A stretch of DNA of 57,861 nucleotides, filler included, from Basidioascus undulatus (Eukaryota), in assembly GCA_000826855.1 (NCBI GenBank). It is 5 parts of 5 records of this genome, joined end to end, with 100 filler letters (N's around TTAATTAATTAA, not from the genome) between each part and the next. Parts side by side here need not be neighbours in the genome. Positions count along the whole stretch, not along the records: positions 1 to 27,857 come from JTLS01000156.1; 4 more parts are not named here. One strand, given 5' to 3'. This document shows positions 1 to 12,651 of the stretch, in pieces. The notes beneath the pieces were generated by a model that was not told where the DNA came from, made no database searches, and was given only the letters and a program-made list of their open reading frames with translations. Position numbers and translations under genes: made by a program. Position 1 is the stretch's first letter. Every line of letters begins with the position of its first letter.

Positions 1-1334
1 CTCAGGCGCACTAGACCCCGCGCGGCTACTCCCGCCTCCCCCGCCCCAGATACCCGCCGTCCAGCCCAGCCAGCCACCTCCGCCTGACGCGCTCGCCTCG
101 CTTGCGTTGCTGCGCATGCTGCCTGAGCGGGCTTTGGTTTTTGCGCGAGCCGGGGAGGAGGCTGTTGTTGGTATCCGAACGGGGAGGGAGGCTGGGGAAT
201 AGGATGCGAGGCGAGTGGAAGGGTCGGAGGGCCCTGAGGGGGAGTGGGAGAGGGATTCGGAGAGGGCTGCCGGGGGTGGTCGGAAGGCAGTGGATGACAT
301 TGCGTCGCGGAGGGACTCGTTAAGAGCGGACTGTGAGCCGGCAGCAAGCGTTAGAGGCGGGACAATTATTAGCACCTTCAACCACTTCCACGCACCTGAT
401 GTGGCGGCAATGCCTCATCGTCGCCCTCGCCTCCCGTCTCGACCACCGCGCCAGGCCCGTCCTCGCTCGCCCTGCCCGCCTTCCTGGCCTTCCCCTCTCT
501 CCTCGCTCTCCTCCCGCTGCCCTTACTTCCCGTTCGCCGTACGGGCGGTGCGCCCGGTCGGTCGGTCCGGACGCGGCGGAGCACCCGCTCCACCTCGCCC
601 TCGCTCGCTCCGTGCTGCTTGGCGAGCTCGGCCAGCGCGTCCACCTCTTCCGCTTGAGCCACAGCTGAGGCACGCGCGGCTGCGAGCGCGGACGAGAGCG
701 CGCGGATGAGCTGGAGGGCGGAGGGCGGGACTGGGAATCGCGGACTTGCACCAGCGGACGTCGCGGGCGGCGTATCGGGGAATGGGAAGCCGAGGAGTTG
801 GGAGGAGGGTTGGGAGAGGGTAGAGTGGGTGGTGCGAGGCGTGAGGAGCGGTTCTTCGAGGATTGTCTGTGCCGGAGGGGAGGGGATGGGGGAGACGCGT
901 GTCGTAGCTGGCTGGGGGAGGATCGACTGATTGGACGGCTTCGAGCTCGGCAAGGGCCCCAAGAGGTCAAGGAGCTGCCTGTCGCTCTTGAGGTGGAAGT
1001 CCGCAGTATGCACGCTAAATACGCGCTCGTAGTCTGCCGACTCAGCGCGCCGGACGGGGCTGCGCGGCGGGGTGTAGTCGGGCGTGCGCCGCCCCGAGGG
1101 GGGCCACAGCACGCTGCTATTCCGCCGCCTGTGGCCCACGATCTCGCCCGTCTCGTCGGCGGAGCTGATAGCGCGCTGGAGGTCGAAGTAGGAGAGCGGG
1201 AGGTGCGCGTGCGGCAGCTCGGACTCTGAGTCGGTCGGGGCGGAGAGGGCGGCTCCGAGTGAGGCGCGGGTGCGACGGCGCGGCGGCGACAACTCCTTGG
1301 ATGGTGAGAGAGGGTGAAGGGAAGTCGACTCCAT
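1..1334 (-). CDS. Hypothetical Ser/Pro-rich protein with a probable coiled-coil segment; runs off the window
   Basis: 318-aa ORF from ATG 1334 (MESTSLHPLSP...LQLIRALSSALAAARASAVAQAEEVDALAELAKQHG), then a GTGCGT donor and a further probable exon toward position 1. No family recognised. Confidence 0.55.
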
Positions 1335-2544
1335 GGTTTCCTAGGATACGAACACGAGGAAGGATCGGGTCAGCAGGACGAGCTAAACGACCTTGATTGC
1401 GCCAGGCAGCATGTGGCTGAGGTGCTACTGTGAAACCGACGGCTCGCACGAAACTGCGGCTTTCGCTCAAAGACCATAGAGAGTAAACGGAAGGCGAATA
1501 GTACAAGACCCTTCCCGGCAAACGGGAAATTACAACCCGATAAGCGAGAGCGGAGGCTCACCTAGTAGTCCAAGTGAATGCCCGGTCCCGCCCGCTCACT
1601 CGACCTTCGACTGACACCCCAGACGGCGCCCTGACGCGGTCAACCGATTCACTGCGTCTAAGAAGGCCCTCTGTGATCAGTATCCTCCACTTACTCTCCG
1701 AATCTGAGCGCCAGAGCGTAGCCCCAGCTCGAGCGACCTCCGCAGCTCGTACCGGTCTCCCCGAGGCAGACTCACTCGTATTCTGCTCACCGACGACGAT
1801 CCAGCCCGCCCAGATACCTATTCGGTGTGTATGTCCGGTAACTGAGCTGCGCCCTACGCGACTATGCGGGTGAGCGAGCTGAGGAGCGGGCGAGGATGAT
1901 CGAGGTTGAGCTTCAAGCTGATCGACGCTCGACGCGCGACCAGGTTGGCGGGGCCGACCTCGTCCGCGTGAGGTCATTTTCAAGCCCAAAAGACAAGATG
2001 CTGCGTTAGACTTTTGGTCGCAAATGGACTGTACTTTTCTTCAACGGGGAATGTACAGGCTCAGATGAGATAACCAAAGATTCAGAATGGCGAAGCTGCG
2101 AACAGCATGTACCGAAGTGGCGTTGCTGTCCTGCTGTGACAGGTCATTCTGAAAGGCCTCGACAGGCCGCCCCAACCAACACAATTTTCAACAGCTGCTG
2201 CTTTCAGAAGTGGTTCTTCTTATTGTGAATCTCCCAAAGAACATATTTCGCTGAGCGTTTAGAGAAGGGAACTGGAGAATCGCTTGAGAGTGAGTGGCAG
2301 CTTCAAGAACGCAGTTTCGCGCCGCGAACTTGCAGAGCCTTTCGAAATCCGTATTCCCTGCATTCCGACCACTGCCAAGCAAAAGAAAGGTGAAACCCAT
2401 CAGATTTTCAACGAGAGATTCTCAAGCACTGCAAGTGCCGCTTACGTCCACAGTCGCCAGACATGTACACCCAACACGCTCAACAAACGTCGCAAGGATC
2501 ACATAATGACAAGACATCTGCCGGCAAGAATCTTCCAAGTTCGT

Positions 2545-4969
2545 TCACTCGTAAACCGCAAACTTGCTCTGCGCCACACGCTTGCGGACCGCCTCGTCCC
2601 CGACGTTCGCGCCGCGCTCGGCCTTGCCCTGCGAGGACGACATCGCGCCTTGGCCGTAGCGCTCTTCCATCTCTGTTTCAATACTTTCAGTTTTGTTATT
2701 GGAGGTATATAGGATGGAAAAACTCACCCTCCACAGAGACGGCCCGCAACTTCTGGCTGGGGGCGACGTACGTCTTCGCAGCGGCGTGCTTGTCGACCTC
2801 GCACCCGCCCTCGAGGACGCCGACGCGCATCATTTCCAGTAGGTTGTGGGCGGCGTTCGAATGGGATTCCTCCAACGAACGCGGTAGACGCGTCCCGGCC
2901 GGTCATCTTCTGGAGGAGGTGGCGACCGCCAGGGCTGTTGAGGAGGGTCAAGGGGTCAGGAAGGCTCCGCCGCCGGGCACTCGAAGTTTACTCAAGAGAC
3001 TTACTGCTCATCCACGAACGAGCTAACGCCATGTATGTAGCCATGAATGAGGACGAGTGTCTTGGACTGCACGGGCAGCGAGCAAACATGCAGGTGAGAC
3101 GCTGTGCTCGAATGCCGAAGAGCAGAGTACGCACAGGCATCCCAAGAAACCACCGGCAAGTCATTGGCGTCATCGGCCAGGTAAGCGCGCCCTGCTTCGC
3201 CTTGAGCTGCTTGATCTGCATGGGTGAGCTCGCCCTTGCGGATCTCTGTCCCCACGCAAGCAAGCCCGCATGAGCCTCTGCACGATCAGACCAATTGATG
3301 AGGACGACGCAGCGCACCGTTCTTCTGGAACGCCTTGAGGCGCGTGGCGAGGCCGAGGTAGTACATTATGGCGATGAACCATTTCGTGCTGTAAAGACGA
3401 GGGTATAGCGAGCTGCGATCAGCTGAGGGTAGAGGAAGGGAAGACGTACGGGTTGTACTGGAACCACTTGATCGCGTTGCGGTAGTCGTTGGGGTACTGT
3501 TGGTGGCTGTGTTGCGCGTGTGTGTCAAATCCAGCACGCATGCGAGGAAAGAAAATGGAGAAACGCACAAGTTGTGGTACCCTTCGCCAACAGTCACGAT
3601 GGCCGTGAGGAGGTGGTTCCTCGGCGTGTGCTTGTCATCGTACTGCGGAACGTCCCCCTCGCCAATCCCTCGTCGTCCCAATCCCAAGCCGCCAAACTCA
3701 CAGGCCGGTCCCCAATCCAGTGCGCCAGCGAGTTAACGCAGAAGGTCTACTACGCCCATCCCACCCTCTCAGCAACCGCAACCCAGGCCCCGCCCAGCTC
3801 TAAAAAAACACTCACATGGTGCACGATCGTAAGTCTCATGGCCCCAGCGTAGAAGTAACCCCCGCGCCAGTCGCCCCACAGGAGGCCGGCACGACAGTGG
3901 GGATGATGAACGCCATGGTGACATCGTCGCGAGGTAGTGACGCTGCTGCCAGCGGAGGAGCAGGTCGCGCATCAGGTCCGACACGTCGGCGACACCGGGC
4001 TTGCGGCGCGCCTTCATGAGCATCCCTGGATTGCAGTACAACCAAACGTCAGTCAGACATGTTGCGGAGGTAATGCAGCGAGACGGGGGCACTGACAGCC
4101 GATGTGCGAGAACCAGAAGCCCTTCATCGCGTCGTAAGGGTCGAGGTCGGTGTCGGTGTCTGCAGAGGAGGGACGGAAATGTCAGCTATGGATGGGGAGA
4201 ATGGGAAGAAGGCACAGAGAAGACGTACAGCGGTGGTGAGCGCGGTGGCCGCGCGACCACCACTTGACACTGCCCTGGCAGACACCCGAGCCAGCGAACA
4301 TGAGGAACCATTGCAGGGGGCGGGAGGCGTTATAGCAGCCTGTGGAGCCAGAAAGTCAGCACCACGCAGACCTGCAGACTCGAAGAGGGGATGCGTACGG
4401 TGCGCCCAGAGACGATGATAACCTGCAGGCTCGATAACCCTCAGCCTTCCTTCTTTCCGAAGTGACGAAGAGAAAAAGAAGACGCACCCGCAGTGATACC
4501 CAGCCCAGTAACAAAGTACCAGAAGAAGCTGAACCAGAACGTCTTGGCCTGCAGCGGCGTCTTGAGCATGCCGTAGATGGCGATGCTCGGGATGGTGATG
4601 AGAAGGACTGCCGAAGGGGTGTCAAAGTCTAGAAATGGGCAGGATTCACCGGCTTACTGATGTTAAGGCAGTTGAGTTCAGTCCAGAAGTTCTGCAGCGT
4701 GATGGGCGGCCGCGGCTGGGTACCTTTCAGCGTGCGATGGACGTAGTCGTCCTCGAGGTAGGCGTCGATGGTGCCTGAAAGAATTCAAGCAATCAGATGG
4801 GTCCATTCCACCGATTTTGCCCACGTCGAGACGTCCAACATGTCCTCCGGTCGAGCGGCGGAGGAGCGTCGAAGGAGCCCGCCATCTGCTTGGGCGTGAG
4901 CGGCGGGCTGAGCTCGCCGCAGGACGGGGCCGGCGTGCGGATGCTGGGGGATACTGGGCCATCTGACAT
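2545..4969 (-). pseudogene. OLE1: Delta-9 acyl-CoA desaturase with C-terminal cytochrome b5 domain (OLE1-type), disrupted
   Basis: Spliced motifs [39 protein letters not shown], b5 EHPGG and HSNAAHNLLEMMRVG. Disrupted by frameshifts near 3921, 3891, 3223, 3175, 3065 and 2864, a TAG at 3747-3749, and His-box 3 reading HNFHQ. Confidence 0.88.
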
Positions 4970-7900
4970 AGTGTGAAGTGCTTGAACAGACGAAGCGCAG
5001 ATGGCAGAACGAGAACAAGAGTGCAGCCGCAGCGTCTTCTTATCCGACGACGCTTCCCAGATTGCAGTGCCCCAACCACAGGCCCTTGGGGTCTCCTGGT
5101 AGGGACGAGTAGCGAAGGGAGATTTATGCGGGAATAATGGACCCAGTGATATGCTAGGGTTGCCACTTGGGCTTCAGGACCACGCCCACAGCAGGCGAGC
5201 GAGGATTGTAGGGTGCGCGCGAGGGGCGGCACTTGGGCGCTGGGAAGGCGCTTCGCCCTGTCATTCCTGCTGCTTCCAGTGGATTCCGTGATCTTCACGT
5301 CTTTACCAGGCCTTGTCGGGGATGCGATGATCATGAGGATGACTTGTGAAGGAGTATCTCTGGTATGTTTTTTGCCAATCCCGAGAGTGGGATATGGTAA
5401 TGCGGCCGATAGGGACCCAGGGTGGATGAGGCTCAGCAGCGTGCTCCCATTCGATGCTTGCCGAGGCATTGAGCAGCCAACGCTAGCGCTGGAAAAGAGG
5501 TGGAGCTTTCAGAGCTCTCGAAGATTGGGTAATCCTTTGAAACGAGATGTTTTTGTTACCGTTGACGGCATGAGCAAGATCCAGTGAGGGCGAACTCCAC
5601 CTAGTTGCGAAGACCGCTCATCGGTGCATTCATGAGCTTGGCGTTTGACTGCAAGACCACGGGTTATGCTCACATCATCCAACAAGTCCAGATGTCTATG
5701 ATCCTAACGATGTCTATCAACCATATAGAAATTACACGTTGACTCTATGCTCAGATGAAGCTGCTTCTCGATGCTAGCTAGTGTCTTAAACTCCAGCTGC
5801 GTACTTTGAATGAAGCCGGGCCATCAGGCATCCCGCGAAGCATTGGACCCTTGAACATTAAAATTAGGTCTTCCTACGTAGGCATTTCTGCTCAGTCAAG
5901 GCCATGGAAGTAAAGAAGGATGCACTTCGGATACAGGATAGAGGACCTCGACTCCCCGCATTGGCCACAATGTCCAGGTTGCCCATGTCGTAGCATTTGT
6001 GGTCGTGTCTGACTCGCAATCCATGAAGTGGTTTCTTTCTGAAAGGTATAATGGACGAAGGAATAGATGGGGTTGCTCAGCACGACATGGTGTGTGTCGT
6101 GCTTGAGGTCGATGCGGTTGAAGGGGCAGGGTGTTCAGAAACGGTCTGCAGCCTTTGATAAGGGCTTGTGGTACCCTCACTTATTTCTTGCCTTTCCTGG
6201 AACTTTCTATGGACCATAATGCTATGTAAGAAGTGGAAACAGCAGTTTCATCTGGCAAAAAACATGTTTCTTGTCACCGTAGAATTGTGCCCACCACGCA
6301 TTTGATCGCGCTGGGCGGAATGCGTTCTTCGCCGCTTTGTGGCTAATTGGCTAACATCAACAACAAAAGATTAGTTTGTTTGACTTGCATTTGCAATTTT
6401 AACATACCCTAATGCTGCAGGATAGCGTCGTTGCCTCCCGTTGCTCCCGATTAGAATGCTGATTTGCGCATAAGGTGAAGCCTAGGACCGACACCCTACC
6501 AGTGTGATTTTCCGTTTGTGTTCTAGTATGACTGGGTTCTAACATGAATCCTCGCCTGAAGCACTCGTCTTGTTGTGAGCTGGCTTGGGCTTTTCACGCG
6601 ATAGCGGTCGTCGACACAGTGCGGATCAGCGAGTACTGGTCAAACGGGCTCGCATGGTCCTCCACTCTTGTAACAGGGACCGAAGCTGGCGGGTCTGGGC
6701 AAAGGGACAGGAACATTATCTGATACTTTTCCAGAGTGTTACAAGTTATCCACCCGGTCGCTCTCGTGCAACGGCACATACTGATGGGCGTCTCGGCACA
6801 AGCTCACGTGTCGGGCTGTCTGAAACGGGACAGTGTTACGTCGCTTCATCAAGAGGGTGCTCAGTAAGAAGAATAGAGAAATTCAGATCCCTGAATCTAT
6901 TGTAAATCCTCGGTGAGATGCACAAGTTTCGTTTGTGCGCCGCGCTTGGGTCATGAAGAGAGGGAGCCTCGAGGAGGACTGCGCGCCGCGACATTTCACG
7001 CACAAGAGACGCAGACAATGGGGCTAGCCGCATTCCTCCGGCCCCTGTATTCTTGGTTACACTAACGAAACCGCTCTACCCTGACCCCCGAGGTAGCCAT
7101 TCTATGCAGATCAATCATCTCAGGAGCTCATTTGGAGAAGCTGAACTGTCACAGCAGACCCAGCAATTCATGGCACTGCGATCATGGACAAGGTTTGATG
7201 AACATATGCAGATTCTAGCCGTTCATCACATACTGACAGACAATTTTTTCAAAGCAAGTCCCATCGACAATGGAAAGGGCGAGCCGGGTTCCACCCAGTG
7301 TCAAAAAGAGGTGCATGACCGTCACGACACGAAAGTCGCGCGGCCTGGGAAATTGCCCCAACCCAGGCAGTTAAAACGTGCTTCGTATCTTCAGGAGGAT
7401 GGTCAGGGGATGGTCATAGCTTATTTTCTTGGGGGTTTGCAGTGTTTATAACCGGCGTCGATACTTTACTGGCTAGCGACTGGGGAAAGTCAGGAGTTAC
7501 GGGGACGGCAGCCGCTGCGAGTTGCTGCGAGGGCCCCCAAGCATCCCGTAGCGACCATACTTCCAAGGGCATATCCTGAAAGACCTTCATTCCAGGATGG
7601 TGTGGAATTCCATTGATGTGGCAGGTGGGGTCCTTTGCCGTCTAGTCTTTTCAGCTGCGCGACAACAAGCGGTCCGGCCGGAATCAGCCCCCTCGTAATG
7701 TGTGGCTGCCCACTGCGCACGCGGGTCCAGGGCGATCATCTTGGGCGATTGACCATGTATTCGTTCGCGCTTCTACGACGCTTGTTCCTGGTCCACCGAG
7801 TTGTGGCGCTGGGAATTTTTGGCAAATTTTGGTCGCAAAGTTCCATCCTATCCTGCGAGCCCATGGTTGGTGTTGGTTGGGGTGACTGCGCCGGATGGAC

Positions 7901-8694
7901 TGAGCTCCGGCTTCCGAGTCCGGAGGTCAGCGGACAACGACGTGAGCACATCACAGAAGGCGCGCAGATTTGTATGCAAGGTCCGAAAAAAGGGATTGCT
8001 TCACGCATGCCAGGATACATTTAGTCGGGGGCCACATGGAAAATGCGGGACGCAGCACGGCAACTCCACAAGGACCCCGCAAGGCGCCCGACATATGCCC
8101 CGGATCTGCCCGTTGCGGAATCCGCCGAACCTACATAGGTTGAAAAAAGATGGATGGGAATACTGCCGAAGTCGTGGGCCACGGACATCGAATGAGGGGC
8201 ACATACAGGAGTGAAAGCCTGTACTGCCGGCTAGAAGTCTACGGAATTTGAGAGTGGCGAACAGTGGCAACAACCAGCGAACAGAGCTTATTAACTGATA
8301 TTGTAAGAATTTTCTTTAGTGCAGCGCCAAGAGCAACTCGAGATACGAAACGCCGCTTACAGTGTTGAAGATCGAAGGTGGAGATCCGAGATGGAGAAGT
8401 GGAGAAGGCCGGGGGTCCTCAGCTACGCGCGCCAAAATGGTACAGACAGCTCGCTATTTTTATCTTCATCTCCTCACTCTAACTTCGACCATCTTTGACT
8501 TGCCCGTCGGCAAAAACACCTTTGCTCATGGCCTGCTTGTGGGGCACCTCTCGATAATGACCGCATTTTGATGTTGCCCAACCCTCGATGATGCTGTGTG
8601 CGCCTTCTCAGGCGACCGTTTGTTGTCGGCCCACACTCCACGCCCTTTGCTAGTCCTTCTCCCTAGTTCGTGCCCCTCCTGTCTCATCGCACCC

Positions 8695-8702
8695 TTATAA
8701 AA
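8695..8702 (+). promoter_or_regulatory. Putative TATA box upstream of the sugar transporter
   Basis: TTATAAAA followed by a CT-rich tract, about 165 nt upstream of ATG 8862. Confidence 0.4.
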
Positions 8703-8861
8703 CCCTCCCCGCATCTTGCTGTCGCATGCTGATCTCCCCCTCTTTCTCTTTTCTAGCGTGCCTGTTCCTCTCTCTGTTCACATCTCACCACCAACGCTGC
8801 CGCCGACCGACCGACGGAGCGACTAATACTGTACAACAGCTAACGACTAACGCCCTTCGAG

Positions 8862-11469
8862 ATGGCGAAGCATCAGGAGGTGGACAAGCCCCATTACGAC
8901 GATGGCGAGATCCCGAAGTGTAAGTTCCAATATCCATAGGTGCAAGGGTGGTATGGGAAAGGAACAGGAAGGCTAACTCGCTAAATCGTATGCGCGGTGG
9001 ATAGACATGGGTCTCCATGGTGACGCTCTCATTCGTGCCATCACTGTGACTGCGACGCTCGGTTTCTTGCTCTTCGGCTATGGTGCGTTTTCGCCTATTT
9101 TTTGTGACATACGGTTCTGCTTTGCGGATTCTGACACAACATTCTCACAGACCAAGGTGTCATGTCCGGCATCATCTCCGCGCCGCAATTCGGCGCAACG
9201 TTCCCCGCTGTCCTTGCCGAACACTACAAGGACGAGGGGAAACCCGAAAGCTACGCGAAGTACCAGTCCTCCCTGATTCAGGCCACGTACACGTCCATCT
9301 ATGAAGTCGGTGAGTAGCCCAGGCTGCCTCTGATGGCGTAGGTCTTCGGAGCTCAAGAATGGTTTACAGGCTGCCTGTTCGGCGCCCTCTTCTCCCTTAT
9401 CTACGGTGACAAGCTTGGGCGCCGCAAGGTCATGTACCTCGGTGCTTTCGTGATGTGTGTGGGCAGTAAGTTAGTGTTTTTTAGCCGTTCTCCCGTCTCG
9501 GAAGCTCAGTTGGGTTCGCTTGCTGTGCAGCTCTCATCCAGGTCACTGCCTTCGCCGGCCACAAGGCTCCGGAGCAATTCTGCATTGGCCGTGTATGTCG
9601 GAATTGTACACCACTGACCCAATGCGTCAGCCGATCTAACATCCGAATTTGTCCCGAGCAGGTTATTACCGGTATCGGCAACGGTTTGAACACGTCCACG
9701 ATCCCGACCTGGCAGGCCGAGACCTCTAAGTCGCACAACCGCGGTCTTCTCGTCTGTATCGAAGCCTCCATGATCGCCACCGGTACCGTCATTGCCTACT
9801 GGGTGCGTTAATGGCATGAAGAATTCATATAACTCACTTCAACTGACGGTTGTCCGCGCGTAGATCGACTTCGGCCTTTCTTTCGTCACGGGCGAGAAGG
9901 GTGACGTCTCGTGGCGGTTCCCGATCGCGCTTCAGATCATCTTCGCCGTTGGTCTCGTGACCGGCGTGACCTTCCTCCCTGAATGTTAGTGATTTATCGC
10001 ATATACTTTCAGATCATTGTCGCTGACGTTAGCAAATCCAGCCCCTCGGTGGCTCCTCGCCCACGGTTACGAGGAGGAGGGTCTTCGCGTCGTCGCCTCC
10101 CTGGCCTCGGTCCCGACGCACTCGGAGGAGGCGCAGAGTCAGCGTCGTGTCATCGTCGACGGTCTTCGCGCCATCCAGGAGACCCAGGGTGCCGCCCGTC
10201 GCCGTGACGTCTTGTGAGTGCCGCGTCTCTCTTGCTGGGCGAAATCTGACTAGGGATCGGCACAGCACCCACGGCAAGACTCAGCACTTCCGTCGTACGC
10301 TGCTCGGTGCCAGCTCCCAGATCTTCCAGCAGATCGGGTGAGTCTTTGCAGATGCTTAAAATGATTGCACCGCGCTGACGCTGTGCTTCACGCCGTGATC
10401 TACAGAGGCTGCAACGCTGTTATCTACTTCGCGCCGGTCATTTTCCAGGACTACCTCAACCAGGACCGCACGCTCTCGCTCATTTTGGGCGGTGTCAACG
10501 TTTCCGTCTATGCGCTCGCCGCTTTCGGGTCGTACGTCCTGATCGAGAAGGTAGGTCGCCGCAAGATGTTCCTGTGGGGCTCCGTTGGCCAGGCGGCGTC
10601 TATGTTCATCTGCATGGTGAGTTCAAGTATACGATATATTACGCATGAGGTATTTCTGATATAGCTTGGTTCGTAGGGCTGCTTGATCCCCGGCACTAAG
10701 AGCGCCTACAACGGCGCTGTGCTCGGCCTATTCCTCTTCCTCGTCTTCTTTGGCGCGACCTGGCTTGAGCTGCCGTGGCTATACCCGGCGGAGATCAACC
10801 CGCTCCGCATCCGTACCAACGCCAACGCTATCTCGACGATGTCTAACTGGGTGAGTTTCCCGTCACGGCGCCTACTCCGACCCGTGTCCTGACCGCTGTT
10901 CACTCTCGTCCAGGCTTGGAACTTCGCTGTTGTCCAATGGACTCCACCTATGCTTGCTTCCCTCGGCTGGGGCACGTTCTGCTTCTTTGGTGTTATCAAC
11001 GCCTGCTTCGTGTAAGTTTCCGCCCGAGAGCGCCCCTGAATCCTAGGAGCCTGTCTCCGCATGCTGGAGCCTCCGCACACGCTCCGGACCTCGAACTGCA
11101 TGCTGATCGGCACTTACTGACCTCAACAGGCCTATTATCTGGATCTGGTACCCGGAGACGTTAGTAATTTCCTGATTTCTTCCTTGAGACCGTGGTCTGA
11201 CCTCGTCCACAATATCCAGTGCTGGCCGCTCGCTGGAGGAGATCGATGTCATCTTCGCGCTCGCCTACACCGAGGGCAAGTCGTATGTTAGCGTCTCGAA
11301 CCACATGCCGAAGCTCTCTACGGCAGAGGTCGAGTCCGAAGCTGCACGCCTCGGCCTCACCAACATCGGCACCAAGGACCTCGAGCACGGTCGGCCAGCC
11401 GACTCCCCGACGTCGTCCGTCGAGCAGAACGCGGTCGACGAGCCCGCGCCTGCTCCGAAGGCTGGCTGA
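8862..11469 (+). CDS. MFS sugar porter, STL1-like (glycerol/sugar:H+ symporter), multi-exon
   Basis: Spliced translation contains GFLLFGYDQGVMSG, GDKLGRRK, PESPRWL, QQIGGCNAVIYF, WLYPAEINPLRIR and YPETAGRSLEEID. Stop TGA 11467-11469. Confidence 0.92.
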
Positions 11470-12651
11470 GCATCTTCTTTCCTTTAGCATAATACCATAG
11501 ATAGGACACCCATTTCAGTAATAGCTTAGAATGCGCGATGATGCATGCATTCAATTGTACACCCAGCGGGCGATGGTCTGTCCGAGCTGTCTCGGAGTTG
11601 TTTTTCTTTTGACGGAACGTGCTTTGATGTTTATCACTTGTATTAAGCACTGCATTGTGTCCTCCAGAACATGACCTACGGTGAACACCCCGTGAAACGA
11701 GTTGGGCGGAGGCGGTAACCCTATGTTTCGCCTCCGTTCTGTCATTTCGAAGACGGAACCCAGCACGCATATATATTCACCTTGTGGGGTCATTTTATTT
11801 TGGGCCCGCACACGAGCCCTCCGGAGCCTCGCCTGTCAGAGTCCATCTTCGGTGCTTTCTGCAGGCGCTCAGCGGGCCACCTGCACTTGCTGGCAAGGCT
11901 TCTATGCGCGGTGAATAATAATCAGCCTAAGATGGCAGACGTAGTAAGTGGAAGATCCAAAATAAAATGGTCAGTCCCCATATTAGTCATGGCGTGGACG
12001 CGTGAAGGAGCCGGCGGCATCCGAGGTAAGGTCACTGGACGGCAAGTCGGCCACAGCGAGACTTCGACGATCAACGGTCCCGCGCGCGCCCTCAATCGGC
12101 AGACACAACCACGCCCTCCGCCGTCGCCCTGCTAGATAATGCTTCAAGGACTCCCAGCGTTCTTTTAACTGTGCCTCGAGGGGCTCTTGAGCTTGCTGCA
12201 AAAGTCCATTCCTGAAACTCCTGCCTGTTGTCATCGTTATCGCAGTCACCGCAGCCCCTTGACGGCGGTCGTGCTATATCGGGGCTCGCTGTGAGGTTGG
12301 TGTCGGCCGGCACGTCTGGGGCGACACACCGAAATAAACAAACGACGCGACAGTGCACCTCCTTTGTCCCCTGGCAAGAAGCGAAAGGAACAGCGAACGC
12401 ACCTTCATCCTCCTCATTCTCATCCTCTCCCTCATCGGGCTCGTCACCCGCTTCGCTCCGGCTGTGCGGATCCTTCTCTCGCCATACACGCTCGTCATTG
12501 CCTACCCTCCGCCGCTCTTTCCGCATCGTTTAACTCTCAGCTCATATACCTTGCTGGGCGCCCTTTCCTCCCCTTCCGGCCCGCGTTACCCTTTCTTCTG
12601 TCACCCTTTGCGCCCCTTGCAACCTAGCGCCTACACTCCTCGACCCCTACC

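Noticed and set aside
5590..8300. Possible TE or gene relics, including an F-box-like MKVFQDMPLEVW on the minus strand near 7590
   Set aside because: Similarity is too short and no continuous frame, termini or recognisable domain supports it.
11716..11724. TAACCCTA resembling a telomerase RNA template
   Set aside because: Only 8 nt, expected by chance, with no supporting structure.
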